From NCBI RefSeq assembly GCF_964204645.1, contig NC_134028.1, positions 2,976,001 through 3,040,000 of the forward strand: a stretch of DNA of 64,000 nt, given 5' to 3'. The notes beneath the pieces are model-generated. The model worked only from the letters and a program-made list of their open reading frames with translations, was not told where the DNA came from and searched no databases. The stretch is from Tubulanus polymorphus (taxonomy: Eukaryota; Animalia; Nemertea). Below, one piece after another: positions 14,701 to 29,700 of the stretch (the stretch's first letter is position 1; the number at the start of each line of letters is the position of its first letter). The translations under genes were made by a program, and so were the position numbers.

Positions 14701-17700
14701 TTTTCCCACTTCCAACATTTCATCTGTTGATTTCGGTGTTCAGCGTCTGATAGAATGATGCGACGAGACAATCTGAACACCGCGTTAACTCGAATGTCTT
14801 TGATGATCTTTTAAGTCGCGAAGATGCGTTTGAAATCTTTGTCTCCGATACGCTTACTCTCTTTGACTGGAAAGTCAGGGAAATCCTTTCTTTAGATAAG
14901 TCAGGGAATATTCAGAGAATTTTGCACAAAAATCAGGAACAAGATTGCTAGATCAAGCGTAAAATCAAACGGTTTTCTTCTATATCTTACATATTTGGCA
15001 GCCATCAATGCCTTAGATAATGATTGGATCAATGTACATAAATAGTCAGGGAAAAAGCAGGTTAAATGAAAGTAGCCACTGTTACAAATGTCTTTGATCT
15101 TTTACGTCTAGAAGATGCAAGTGAAATATTGTCATCTCTGATGCACATGTGCGCTGCTGACAACTCTCTGAGATCAGAAGTGAAAAACTTATAGATGACG
15201 TCACATTCACACGATCATCATCATCGTCGTCATCGTCGTCACTACGAGATGATTTTTATCTGTCATAGAGGAAGAAGATGATGATGATGAGGAGGGATTA
15301 TTCCCATCACGTTGTTCAGTTGTGAATGAAGAGCTATTTTTATTCGTTGAACTCATGTATTTCGTGTCTCGTGTTGTTTCGGTATTTTTAGCCGATTTGA
15401 TCAGTGATTGATCGTCTGTGGTCATGACGAACTAGTCGAACACTTTCATCGCACGTTCATGATCTGATGTTTAATCCGTCCATTCAATGAGATGATGTTG
15501 ATAATGTCGACTATTTCACTGAGCTGTGGCCGATAATGACGTCAATTTTGTTTTGCCTACGCACGATCAGTCGTTTTTGATGATGATGATGATGAAATAT
15601 TCCACCCCGGTTCCGGTTTTCAACTAAACAAAGAATTCGTTCATTTGAAAATGTTTTTTGCTGCGCAATTTAATTTTGATGTTGAACGGAAGAAGTTGGA
15701 AAGTTAGAAGGAAACATTACTAAAAGAATGAAGTGCTAGGCGCTAGTTCTATAATTACTACTCATTTTAGAAACTGCTCCATGTAGGATCAATATCACTA
15801 TTGGCCGAGGTTTTCATAAAGATATTTATTCATAAACATATTGTAGTGTACACAGTCATTCAGTAGCTTCTCTCATTACCTAAACCCCTCCCGGTTCATA
15901 ATAGGAAAAAATGAATGATACAGTTTGATTGTGTCTGTGTTTGTGTGACAAACATTGCGAGAGGGTCACTGTGTCAAAGCTTGTCATAGAATTCCATAAG
16001 CAATTAACAGTATACTAATTAGTAATTATGTAATTAAGCTGCTGTGTGTGTATGTATGTAACACACATGTCATAGTTTAATTGGATTATGGTGTTTTTGC
16101 TGTGTTGAAGAAGGAACTGGATACCACAGTTCACAGGAGTAATAGATACTGCTGGTGATGATGATTCCGAGGCCTCCGTGGCTGATCAGACAGGTTTCTA
16201 TCATTCCTAATGACAAGGGTTTTCTGAGTTTATTTTTCCTGCGTTTACCTGACTAATGTTTGTGATTGCTCACATATTCAGACTAGGTTTTGGTTACGTT
16301 TCCGCTGTTACGGTCAATTTCAACGTTACTAAGTCTAGAAGATATACAATATCTGTGTAAGATGAATACGTCAGGGAAATCCTGCAACATTTCAACCAAA
16401 GATGTAAAATTTCTAGAATCAAAGGTTCATATTCATATATTTTACCTATAGAATATATATCGAGCTCAAATGTATAAACCTTTTACTCTTAACATCTTAG
16501 GCTGAATTATTGCGTGATTTCCCTTCATTGTTACTGTATTCATAAATATTTTGATGAATCAGTCGGTGTTCATCGAATTGTGATTTAGAATTTCAATCTG
16601 GCTGTCTTGTATTTCTCGCTGTATTCATTAAGCGTCGTATTACTGATATGAAATTTAGACCGCAACATCCGCAATTTGGTTTGAATAATCTTTCGACGGT
16701 CTGTGGCAGACTGCATCCGCCGCCTAGACGTCTATTCAAAACATGATATTTAAAAACGAAATTAATTAAAGAGAAGTTGTTTTATCCGCTAGACACAATT
16801 TAGATCATCGAGCGGATGGTGTTTTTGTAAATGATTGAAGTCAACGTTTCTTTTTGTTTTTCATCATCTCTTAGATCGACTATCCAGAGGTACATATGAA
16901 ACCGACTCAACACTTGGCAACATGCGCGAATATGGATAACTACGCCAATAATGACAACGTTAGGATGCCTCCTCCGCCGCACAGTAGGGGGCGCCTCTGC
17001 TCTGACCCTTACGCAGATCAGGTATTTATAACAAACGTAGGAAATCATTTATTCAATTTGGTTATGTTCATTTTTGGTGCGTCTACAAACCTGTCAATCA
17101 TACCAGCACGAACTGCCTGGAACGAAACACGGGGTTTGATTTGAGATGGAATGATGTCTATGGTTGTAAGGTTTTTGTATGTTGTTATTTTCAGTTGGAG
17201 TTGCAGGTTCCGCCGAATCGTAACGAGCATTTTTTACACGCCGAACACGTAACTCATAAACGTAACTCACGAGCGAGCGATACGTCCAGCGCGTACTCCG
17301 GTAGCGATATGATGCAATCGTCGATCGACGATCAAGAATTACCGATCGACGTCGATCTAAACACGGCTCTCGTCATCGACTCCGATGATGAAGATGTTTA
17401 CAGTCAAGAGATGAACGAGGTTATTATCATTCTATCGTGATTATCCAAACCCTCTTACAATATTATTCCTGAAGTCTCTTAAGGCACCAAACAGAATATA
17501 GAAAAAAGACATATATACAATTGAAGTATAATAAAACAGGGCGACCACTGACCTGAATATCCTGGAAAACTCGAGAAAAACTCAGGGAATCTGACAAAAT
17601 TTTACAAAAAAAACCTGGAAAAACTCGCAGAATTTGTAAATTGATGGAAAGTGGCCTCCTTTTAAGACAATGTAGAATCGAATCAAATAAGACAGTAACT

Positions 17701-20700
17701 AGATTACAGTGATAATCTATTCAGCGTTTCTGTTATTTTTGAAGATCGTTCGATGAATTTCTCCTGTTTTTATTGTTATTTAGTCTATTCACGTTCGCGA
17801 CACGGTAAGAGAATGTTTGGAGAAAGACCCCGCCGATCGAACTGAAGACGATATCGAAGTTCTTTTAGAGTTCATGCAACATTTTAACGTAAGTAACACA
17901 CGTACTCAACGACCCTATTGAAAGTGAATCGTTAATCTATATCGTATATCACCTATCGTATATCACCTATCGTATCGTACTGTGCCAGTGATCAGTAAGG
18001 ATTCTATCTATATTGAAATATTTTTCAATGAATAGCAAATTAAGGGTCAGCGGCAGATCCAGGGTCCAAATCTGACGACCACTTCACAAAAAAACGAAAA
18101 GGCATGAACTTTTTCTGCCTTTTACGAGAAGGGTATTTAAGAGTATGTTATGTGAGGCACCCTGGTTCACGACGCCCCTGATTGTCGGTCAGTTCAGGAT
18201 CTTGACCGATGACATTTTTCATACATTATCTCGCCATAAGTCGATTAACACGTTTTAAATGTTGTGCAATAGGCTTTTTCCTGTACGAATATGACCCTCG
18301 CGACGAGAAGGGAATTCTGCGCGGTGATGGTTTTTGCCGTTGTTGAGAAAGCAGGAACGATCGTTATGAATGACGGGGAAGAGCTCGACTCCTGGTCGGT
18401 CATTCTAAACGGTCAAGTCGAAGTCATCCGACCGAACGGCACGACGGACATCCTAGAAATGGGGTCAAGGTGTGTATTTGATTTTTTAGCCCATCCTTTT
18501 GTAACTCCATCCACTGCTCTCTTAATGCCAACATTTTTCAGGGAACAAATTTGCTCAATCAATCTCAAATTCAATGATAATTCTTTGTAAAGACTTTTAC
18601 TGTACTTTGGACTAGCAAATTCGCAGTGAAAAATTGTATAAGAAATTTCTGATTTCGTAAATTCATTTTCGTCATGATCAGCTGATATGTGTTTTTATGT
18701 TATAGTTTTGGTATCACTCCGACGATGGAGAAATTATACCATAAAGGTGTGATGATCACCAGAATCGACGATTGCCAGTTCGTCTGCATCGCGCAAGCAG
18801 ATTATTACAGAATTCTCCACCAGGGGGAGGAAAATACCGTCCGACACGAGGAAGAAGGAAAAGTGACTTTCGTCACGGAAAAACGCGTGCTGGATGGTGG
18901 CAATAGAAAAGGTCATATAGTTATACGGGTAAGCGATAAGATCTGGCAATTATCAGCTTACATTGAAAGTAGAAGCTCGTTACTGGGTAACAACCTGTTA
19001 CAGACCTGATACACTTACTTGGAAATCAGGGAAATTTCGAGGAAACTTGTTGAGATTCCTAGATCACGTGTTAAATCAAATAGTTTCCATCTGTTTTACA
19101 TATTATTTGACTGATTGGAATCTCAAGTCAGGGAAAACAACATGCATGTCAGGAAATAGACAAGTCAATTAAGAGCGGCCCTGTATTATTGTAGTTATTT
19201 TACGAGCTCAGCTGTGAAATTATTTGCAGGCAACTCCCGAACGACTTTTATCTCACCTGGTTGAAGAACATTCCCCGGTCGATCCGACGTACGTGGAAGA
19301 TTTTCTACTGACATTCCGAACATTCCTCGATAGTCCAATGGAGGTCGCGAATAAACTACAAATCTGGTTCAACGACCCGAATCTCAGGGATAGAGTGAGT
19401 ATCTGATTTTCATTGAAATCTTGCCCATACACTGAGTGGGGGTAGTCATCCAAAAACTCTTCGGATTTAGTGTACTTGGAAATTTCCCCATAAAAAATTT
19501 TTAAACAAAGTTTTTCGTCAATCTGACCGATGTCATGAAGGACACACTAGAAATGAACTGACTCCAGTCCAATCAGCTCTTTGTGTGTTTATTACAGGTT
19601 ACTAGAGTTGTTTTGTTGTGGGTGAACGAACACTTTAACGATTTCGAATCGAATCCAGAACTCGGAGAATTCCTGGAGAAGTTCGAGCGACTTTTAGAAC
19701 GAGAGGTACGTTATATATACGAACGTCAATAGAACGTGTGAATTTATCCTTTCACAAACATCAGCACAATTTTCAAAGGCATGTAGCTGAAATGTTTCCC
19801 AAACTGTTGTAGTTCGCCCATTCTACACTCACCTGAATAATGGATTCTCCCTTACATAGACTTCACATTCATCAAAGCCTATTTATTATTACGTTTTGTT
19901 GTCAGTTCTTTCACTTTATTACAAATTTTGCGAATGTGCACTATATATTTTACTTCCAAACCCATCATCAGTCCTTGCTGTAATGAAACATTCACCGTTA
20001 TTGTGAAAAAGACTTCGATACCGATGAAGTATTGCTTAGGTATTTGATGTTAAAACCGAGCCTTAATGTTGATTATTTTTTGTATCAGTGGCGAGATGTG
20101 GATCTATGGCATGAACGACAGGTAATTAAAGAGTAAAACATTCATCTATAGCCTGAATTTTGTGTATTGCTTTTGTTTTTTGATTTCTGTTTTTTCGATG
20201 AGAAGGGGTGACTTTTCATTACTAGACAACTGATTTTCTATTTAGTTGGTAGATTTTTCCACTCGTGTGGTTGGTTTTACCATTTTGAGAATACTAGCAG
20301 CAGATCTTTGTCAATCACAGATTAGATAGGATAGATTTCTTCTTTTTACTTCTGATAGTTAATTCTTTATACTAATTGTAATTGTATGTGCAAAATGCCG
20401 AGCCTAATGATGGTGAAATGATCGTATCTGGCTATATGCACTGCATGTTTATTAAAGTGGAAACTTACAAAACCTTTTTAGTAGTTATAGTTTTAGTCAT
20501 CTTGCTAATCATTAAACCATTTCTCAATAAATTGAATTCAGAAACAGTTATTAAACCTCATATAAACATTCCCTTTAGAATTGTCTCAGTTTTAAGGTGC
20601 TACTGATGGAGCATATATTTGCATGGCACCCTGCCCATCCCTTGGAACCATTGCATGTTTCAATTTTACATCTTCCCAAGTATTCATACTGAATTCTGTA

Positions 20701-23700
20701 GTGGTTTCTGGCTATTGTTTATACAAACTGAGCTACCAGCTTTAAAAACAACTATTGCATAGATAGTCTTTTGAGTGCGTGCTATTTTTATTCCGCACAA
20801 ATATATCAGTTTTCAGTTTTTGGTATCGGTTCAAACATTTGAGTGCTCAGCAGGTGTTGGATATATGACTTTCTGTGAAAGTCTTTTTTATGGAAATGAA
20901 TAGATATGTCGTCTACTTGGCTTAATGTTGTATTTTTTTTGCCTGAGGTTGAATGGAATTCCTTTGTTGCAATGTTGTGTGACCATTTAATGAATTTCTA
21001 TTACAGAGTTGTCGGAAGCAGTCCTACGAGGCGTATCGTAAGGTATCTTCACGCTGATATAGGTTGCATGTACTACGCCGCCCTTCGACTCAGCTTGAGT
21101 CTAAGCATTGTTCATTTCAGTGTATTCATTTTCTACGATAATACTATACCCATCAGTTGAAATGATGAAAGACAACAAAAATTTTTTTGAATTCTTTGAA
21201 ATCAACTTGTGGTTGGTCCCATGTGGATGGAATAGTCTTTAATACGTAGACTCTTATATTATCTATGATATCCATCAAAATTTTTCAGAAGTCTCTACGA
21301 TTGCTGGGTATAGTGTTATGATCCAAATATAGGGTGCCATTGGAAGCAAAGCAATGTTTTGATTTCAAATGCAAAATATTCTAGAAGATATTACCGCTTC
21401 CAGTGTTCTCAAACGCGATATGAATATTCGGTACAGTGATAAACTTTTTCATGTAGCAGTTATTCAAGATTTAGTTGTACCTTTATGTCCTTCAGGTAAT
21501 ATTACAAACCATGTAATATTATGCGATGCAATCCATGTAATGCATTATACCGCGTATCAATGGGATTTGATGGGGAAAAATATCTTAGAATCCACTCTAA
21601 TTTTCTATACAAAATATTTGCTATTATGTAAAACTTGAAATATTAGGCGACTAATAATAGTCTTTGCTTCAGATGTCTTAAGAAATCGTTACATCAGATC
21701 AAGAGACAGATTCTCTTCTCTATCTCATCCAAATATTAGCACGTTTCTATTCGCACAGAGATATTAGGGGCTTTCAGTGGATGTGATTAGTTTATATCAG
21801 TGAACGAACACGTGGTAAAATTCACTTCGGTCTCGGGAGCGCACAAATAAGTGTTTGCTTGGAGTCACTGAAAATCAGTATTACCATGGTAACATATTAT
21901 ATATCAAAGTGGGCGGAAGAAAACTTTGAAAAAATGCAGAATAAGAGTTGTAGATATATGCGTGCATGATTTATAAAATGCATTGGATGTTTGCTAGATG
22001 CATGTTGAAACAAATGTCATTTACGTAAAGCCAAAAGATGTATTTCTATGTAAATTTTCATTAGCTTTTCGATGTATTTATTTACAATAGTAAACCATAT
22101 AAGCATATATTTTCATGTATGGTAGACATTTGTTAGTATTTATAGCAAATCTTTATGTGTTGAGTAAAGATTTGACAATTAACACGCATGAATTCTATAT
22201 TTAGTTCATTCTATATTTTCCAATTTTATCTTTATTCAGAAAATGGGCGGACAGATGCGTCTTTTGAGCATTGCCTGTGCGGCTAAAGCTAAACCACGTA
22301 CGGTCACGTTGACGCGAGCAACTCGCGATGAAATTTTACACTTCTCCGTGCTCGGTGGCATTGAACGACATTGCGGCATTTTCATATCTAAAGTGGAGAA
22401 AACTTCGAAGGCTCATGAGGCTGGATTGAAACGCGGCGATCAGGTCAGTGTTAAAGCTTCATAGCCGCATTGAATAAAATCGAACAGTGAAATCTGATAG
22501 AAATATGTCTTCTTTACAGATTATTGAAGTGAATGGTTTCAATTTTGAGAATGTCAGTCACAACAGAGCTTTAGAAATTTTACGCGGCACGACTCACCTT
22601 TCAATAACCGTACGATCAAATTTACTTGGTAAGTTTTCTACTGTGGGTTTTTACTCTAAACTGAGATTAATATCAGGCGTGAAAATTTGATTCTACTATG
22701 AAGTTGATGTGATGTAATAAGAAAACGTTTCATTCAAATTTCAGCATTTAGAGATTCGATTCTCGTATCGGACGGTTCGCCTCCGCAACAGGATGAACCG
22801 CATCAGCGACAACGCCTGTCGACGTCCGATCTCGACGGAATTCCTCCGATCATCGGCGCGAAGGCGATGTCTTCGTCGTTGACGATCGATAAGAAATCGT
22901 CGTGTTCCACGCTGAAAGTCGAGGACAGCAAACGCACGAAGATCAAGAAAATGATGAAGAAGATGAACTTGCTGACGAGGAATGGAGCAAGGTCAGACAA
23001 CCCTTGGATAAGGTCTTTATGAAAAAAGTTTATTACAATTCGTGCACAGCTGGTGGAAGGTGCTTTATCAGATCGGTGACATCTCCTGTCACAGACTGCA
23101 TGTTCTATGCTGAGACGACCTATACAAGAAGATCCTCTTATTTCTTTCTTCTACAAAATAGATACTTCAGGGTCCATTTTCATGAAAAAGTCTTTAATTA
23201 AAAATGATTAAGTTTGAATTGATTGGGTTTAACGTTTTCGTGAAAGTGGACCCTGTTATCCAGTTCCAGTTAGTTTAACTCCGGAACTAGAAACTAGTTC
23301 TTATTCTTTTCAAATTTCAGTAGAGAATTTTGTCACTGGTTCGCGCATTATGAACCATATAATTTTAATATTACTCCCTTTAAACTCATTGCACTTTTCC
23401 ATATTTCTTGCACGTGAATAAACATCTCGTTGCTTTTAAGTCCACTGCTAAGTATTTTTACCTGATAATCTCCGCAGGGTTTGTGATGACATCTGTCTTA
23501 AATTGATTTTCGTCGGAGTCGTTTAGACTTGCTAAAACAACAGTCAATTTTCGATATAACTTGTCTCCAGGCTGTCAGATGACTTGCAAATCATTCGAGC
23601 TTAGAAAACTGTGTTTATCCGAATGATTTCACAAACTTCAACGATTTGTGCTTTGTGTTTTTTTCAGCGATACTTCATCGATATCTAGTGCAGAAGATGG

Positions 23701-26700
23701 TAGCGTGTATTCAGCAGGCAGTCACATCGTACGATCCCGGAATTCATCATTTTCCGGTCCGTCGTCGTCGTCTGGCATGTCGATGCATCTTAGCGCGAGC
23801 AATCCCGATCTATCGTCGGTTGGCTACGGTTTTGACGATTCTCGCAACGATTTCCCGGAACACGTCGTCAAAGTCTACCGAGCCGACCAAACTTGTAAAT
23901 ACTTTCTTGTACACAAAGTAAGTTGACATGCTTATTGAGGAAATGAAAATGATATCTCTCATAATCAATGATGACGTGTAATAAATCACAATTTCAACCG
24001 ATCATTGATATTTCAGGAGACAACTGCTAGAGAAGTTGTTATGTTAGCATTAAAAGAATTTGGGATTTCTGACCCGAGTTGGTACGTAAATGCATTCAGC
24101 TTTATCTTATATACTGCATAGTTACTGATGTTTCATTGAATATACGTTTGATTTCTTACAGTAATTATTCACTATGTGAAGTGACGGCAGAATCCGAGAA
24201 TTTTATAAAACAAAAGCGATTACCAGATCAGTTAGCTAATCTACCTGAACGTATTAGTCTCAATGGCAGGTGTGTATGAAAACTGCAGGACATGTGTCTT
24301 CAAGGTGGCGCCACTTACCTGGAAATCAGGATATGGGGTATTTTCTAAAACAGCTAAAAATCAGAGAAAAGTCGGGGAAATTTGTTTAGATTGCTAGATC
24401 ACACGTAAAATCAAATAGTTTCCATCTATGTCTTACGTATTTCACTGTGTTAATTAATTGAATTGTTAATAAATCCAGTCAGGGAAAACAAGTTGCATGT
24501 CAGGGAATAGTCAGGGAAAAGCAAGTCAAATAAAGAATGGCCACCCTGGTCTTGCAGATGTGAAATAATATTAATTTATTTATTTCATCATTGTAGATAC
24601 TATTTGAAAAACAACATGTTAACGGAAACGTTCGTATCAGATGATAAGATATCGGAACTGCTCGATGATGGACGTTTGTCGTTGTTACAGTTACGAGAGG
24701 GTGAAATCGCTACACAACTGACCCTCGATGATTTCAAAGTCTTCCGCAGCATCGAACAAACTGAATATATCGATGATCTGTTCAAATTGAAGTCAGGGAC
24801 GTCGCATTTGAAAAAGTTTGAAGAAGTAAGTTCTTCGAACGGTCGCCATGTCGCTAAATCATATACACGATGCAAATGGTCTTCTTTTTCGAAATACAAT
24901 TTTCTCTATCATCTGGTCTACTACACCTCCCACGATTTGAGTTTCTATGTTTTAAGATATTCTGCTATATTTCAGCTGGCCGATCGTGAGATGTTTTGGG
25001 TCGTAACAGAAATCGCCAGTGAAAGTAACATACAAACACGAATGAGAATCGTGAAACATTTCATCAAAATTGCGAGTAAGTTACCGATATTTTCATCGCC
25101 GATTCAAAGATGATGCTTCAGATATCCCAGTTTACACGTCGTGAATCCTTTAATTTCAGAATTATGCAAGGAATGTAAAAATTTCAACTCGATGTTTGCA
25201 ATATTAAGTGGCTTGGATCATTCGCAGATTGCTAGATTGCGCAATACTTGGGATAAGTTACCGAGCAAATACATGAAAATGTTTCAGGACCTCAAAGGTC
25301 TGATGGATCCTTCTAGAAATATGTCGAAGTATCGAAACCTGTTGAACAGTGATCACGTACAACCTCCCATGGTACGTAGCACCTCAATACACGATCACCC
25401 CTTCTATAGATGATATTCAAGTATTTCGCAATTCTCTCAATTTTCCATTCCAGATTCCCTTTTTCCCGATCGTCAAGAAAGACATGACATTCATAAACTT
25501 AGGCAATGATTCGATAGTTGATAATCTAGTCAATATGGAAAAACTACGAATGCTTGCCAAGGAAATTCGTCATGTGCATAATATGTGTACGACAGCTTAT
25601 GTAAGTTTACAGGTGCTTGGGTTGTATGTAGTTGAGACTATTTCCAGTCTTGATGAATATCATGAAGAGAAACCCGCAATATCAATTTAAAACAACCGTT
25701 ATTGTTGAAATTGAAATTGCCAGTTTCTCTCAATGTGCTTGGGTTCCTTAGCGAATTCCTGTATCTGTTTCTGTCAAGTTTCTCATTGCTATAGTATATT
25801 ATTTTAGAATCCAGATACGATGTTTTCGAAGTTAACTCTAACGAACACGACGTTCGCGATGTTCGCTAATAGCTCGAATCTATCGGGTAACGCTACAATG
25901 AGACGTAAATCACGCCGAGCCTCGACGATACCCAACCCGAAAAAGATGTATGAAGAGGTATTTATCATTTAACCATACCGCTTATATAAAAAACCTGATG
26001 ATGAGTCGAAATGTTGTGTCTTTTGATTTTGATTTTTGATGTATAAATTTTGTTTTCGATCTTTTCATTTTGTATACAGCGTGGGATTTAATCTTATGAT
26101 CTATTCTCTATCTGTCTGAGTGTACGGGGGCCAATTCACTTACTGTATTCTATTTCGTTTTTCGACGAGTGTTAATAATGATGATTTGTTAATTGTGAAA
26201 TCAGGCACAAATGGTTCGCCGGGTGAGGTCATATATACAAAACGTCCACATAATATTCGAGGAAGACAAACTGAAGGAACTGTCGCACAAGTGGGAGCCA
26301 CCTGCTGGTTCGTTACGTAAACGAGATAACTCACCCACTATGAGCAATACTAGTGTCGATCGTCCTTTATATCAGGGACCTAAATTTGGTAAGTTTTAGA
26401 AAGTACACCGCACTGGTTTTCGCAGTACTGGAAAATTGCGAAAAATTTGGGAATTCCTAAAATGAAAAAAGATGATCGAATTCATTTCTGTTTGGGAAAA
26501 TAGAAAAGTCATCCACAAAAACTTGAGTATCTTGAATTCATGTAACTTTGGGAAATTTAAACACTTGTCAATTGCAGGTGCTGAATCTCCTGATGCCGTT
26601 CGTAAACTAATGTCATTGTCCGAGAAAGTGAAACCTCTTAATCCTAAACACGGCTACACGTCGAATACACCTCCGAGAACGCCACCTCGTGGTCAGTTAC

Positions 26701-29700
26701 AGGGTCGTCAGCCACTGGCGGGGCATCACAGCAGCATGATGCACTTATCACCGGAGAGTTCTTCAGTGTTCAGTTTAAACAGTATCGCCGCGTCATCTCG
26801 CAAGTCGAAACACACAGGTACAACATACACGAAGGGAAATCAATCTCACTGGTATATACTGTCGATCTCGCATCCACATCTCAACGAATCTCTACCGTGT
26901 CAGATCAATTCACAGATGTACTACTCCGGGTCGTATTCGGAATAGTTCCCGAGTTATTCAACTTTCTATGCGGTCGATAGTTTTTCGCATTGTATATAAT
27001 TGAAATATTTCTAAAATCGTGTGTAAAATACTGAAATACAATATTTGACTGAACTCAATATCTGACTCGCGATCTTGTTTTTATACAGTATTCGATTTTA
27101 TTAACATAGATATTTATATTTAAACAAAGATATTGAATTACAAAGATATTGAATTTGGGTAAGTGTGGATCGCTTTTTGCATGTTGCTTAATTTCTGCTT
27201 TCAGGTGCAACGGTATCCGCTGAGTCGGGCAGTCCGACGAGTTTACAGCCACTGCTGGACAACGATTCCGGTCACAATAGCGTAACATCTTCGAATTACG
27301 ACACTCACAGTATAAACAGCGCTAGTTCTGCAGGTTCGGGCAGTTCGCCGACTATGACTCGTCGAGCACACCCTCCGATGACCGGTACGTATATCGGCTG
27401 CTACGATTCTATCTCTAATCTATTCCGATCACAGTTGAATCTGTAGCCATTTAATCGCTTAAAAAAGTTGTCGATGCATCCTCGAGATTGATCCAAATTC
27501 GTGCTTCACCCTGAGAAATTCCCGCCGTACTACTGACTTCCGAGAATGCCTTGGATTCATATTGACAACTGGTTACTCACCGCGTTCTTAGTGCACACAC
27601 GATATATTCTTGTTAATGATCTCTATATTGTGATACATCTAAATCACACCTGTATTTTAGTATAATCGGTGAACTATTATTATTGTCTATTATCTGTATG
27701 TAAGTGTGGTGAAGGTAGCCTTATTGTTGAGAACATTACACGAGCTTATTGTTTTTATAATGTGGCGGGATAGATATAGATATCGCGATAGCTTGTTTTA
27801 GGTACTTAGTCAGAAACCTCGGTCAGTCAAAGGGAAATCTGTTTGATACTTACATTCGGCTGCCATCACTGAAACTGCTAAACTCGAGTCCTAACCATAT
27901 AATCTACCCTCGTAAGAATTTGCCTTCAAGTAAACAAAATATATTACTCTCCATCCATACTTCATCTGAAAATATGACTATATTTTGGTTTTTAGTTTAT
28001 TGAAATTGCCATAGAATTACTTAGCATCGATCATGTTTCTTACTTTTGTATGGGAAAACAATATTTCATCAAACATATTAAACATATTTATTTAGAATGA
28101 ATGGAATATCGGGTATCTTCAGAATTATCATTACGATTTAGAAATGACTAGTTATCATATATGTGTACTGTGTTCTGTAGAACGCCAACGTAAGGTTTCC
28201 ACAGTGAAACCACCTCCGTTCAGCGTGTCCGTTCTGGCTGACTTTGGAAGCCTCGCGTCCTCGTTTTGGTGAGTCGTTCGTATGCAGAATAGTGACAGCA
28301 TCCACCAGTTCAGTCCGCGGCTGTTTACTGATCCATGCCTACCGTACTGTTCTATTCTCTTCAATATGCAACTGTTTCCCTCCTTTCTGAAAAAAATCTG
28401 TTTGCCTAGTACTACAATTTTAGCCCACATTTTGACTTGAGAGAAAATCTTAATTTGATTTCTAACTGCCTATGAATATCAGATTCAACTGACTCCTCAA
28501 TCATTAGTTTATCATAGTTTAAGACTCAATGGTCCTGGGTTCATTAGAATTAGATAAATCTGTTGGGATGTTTGAGTGATGAACTGTTTAGGTACCACCG
28601 GTAATGGATCAGCTCTGTGGCTCTCAGGCTCATGCTGTTTATTTGTGTATTACTAATATAATACAATTTTATGGGCACGTTTTTTGCACGATTGGCATTT
28701 TTTGAATGAAAACGCATGTAACGATTCATTCATTTCCCTCAATCAAATCTATATTTACAACAAAAAAACATCATCATGAAACAGTTTTGCATCATATACA
28801 AATTGTTTAAATGGTTATCAATAATTACGGTGTTGCTTTACACAAGCCCTCCATTTCGTTATTTGACAAACTAACCCTGTTTGTTTTGTATCTATTTTTT
28901 TTAGATTTTATATATTTCGCTCACTGGAAATGTGTTATGAACTGTATTTAACTTTTTTTGAAACTCAAATGTGGGATATCTATTCAAAGTAGACGCAGTG
29001 AATTATTATTCAAATTTGTTACTGACTGAGCATTTAGTTTAAAAAAATATGCGTTTATACGTTTACTGGCTTTAACTTCTGCTTACAAGTAGTATGGATG
29101 TTGGCTCGGATAAATCATATCTTACATCGAGCTAACATCGATGCTCTATGATTTATTAAGAAAGGTATTAAGACAAGGTTATGAAAAAAAATGATACTGA
29201 AAGAGGATGTTTTACGTAATAAGAACATTGTGGATAATATTCCTCAGTGGAAAATGTTTGCCCTTGTATTTATTAGTACCAGTTTATTGTCGCCAGTAGT
29301 GGAATGTCGCTTGATATAGTTTTTGTAGACTGCTTTAGAGTAGAAATTTATTTCATTTAATGAGAAAAAGATATATTTTGATTTGACCACCTCTAATCTG
29401 CTTTATACAATCTATATTTGCCATGATCTATCTACTTGATTTTCAGATTTCGTCAACGAAATCAGAATCAGTTTAAAACTTCATCACTGCTACACTATAC
29501 ACATAACCACCAACTATTGATGAATAACGAATAGTAATTCAATCTGTTGATATTCCCGAAATTCAACCAGCTTATCATAATTTTGATTCTTACTCGCAAC
29601 TCATTGAGATGTTACCCCCTTCTATATAAATTATAGTGTCCTTTAAGTGAAAATTCCTGAAAATTGAAAAAAAAAGTGAAAATTCCTGAGAATTGAAAAA

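Noticed and set aside
21043-21050. U12-type 5' splice site
   Set aside because: GTATCTTC does not match GTATCCTT and I saw no TCCTTAAC branch site at the next acceptor.
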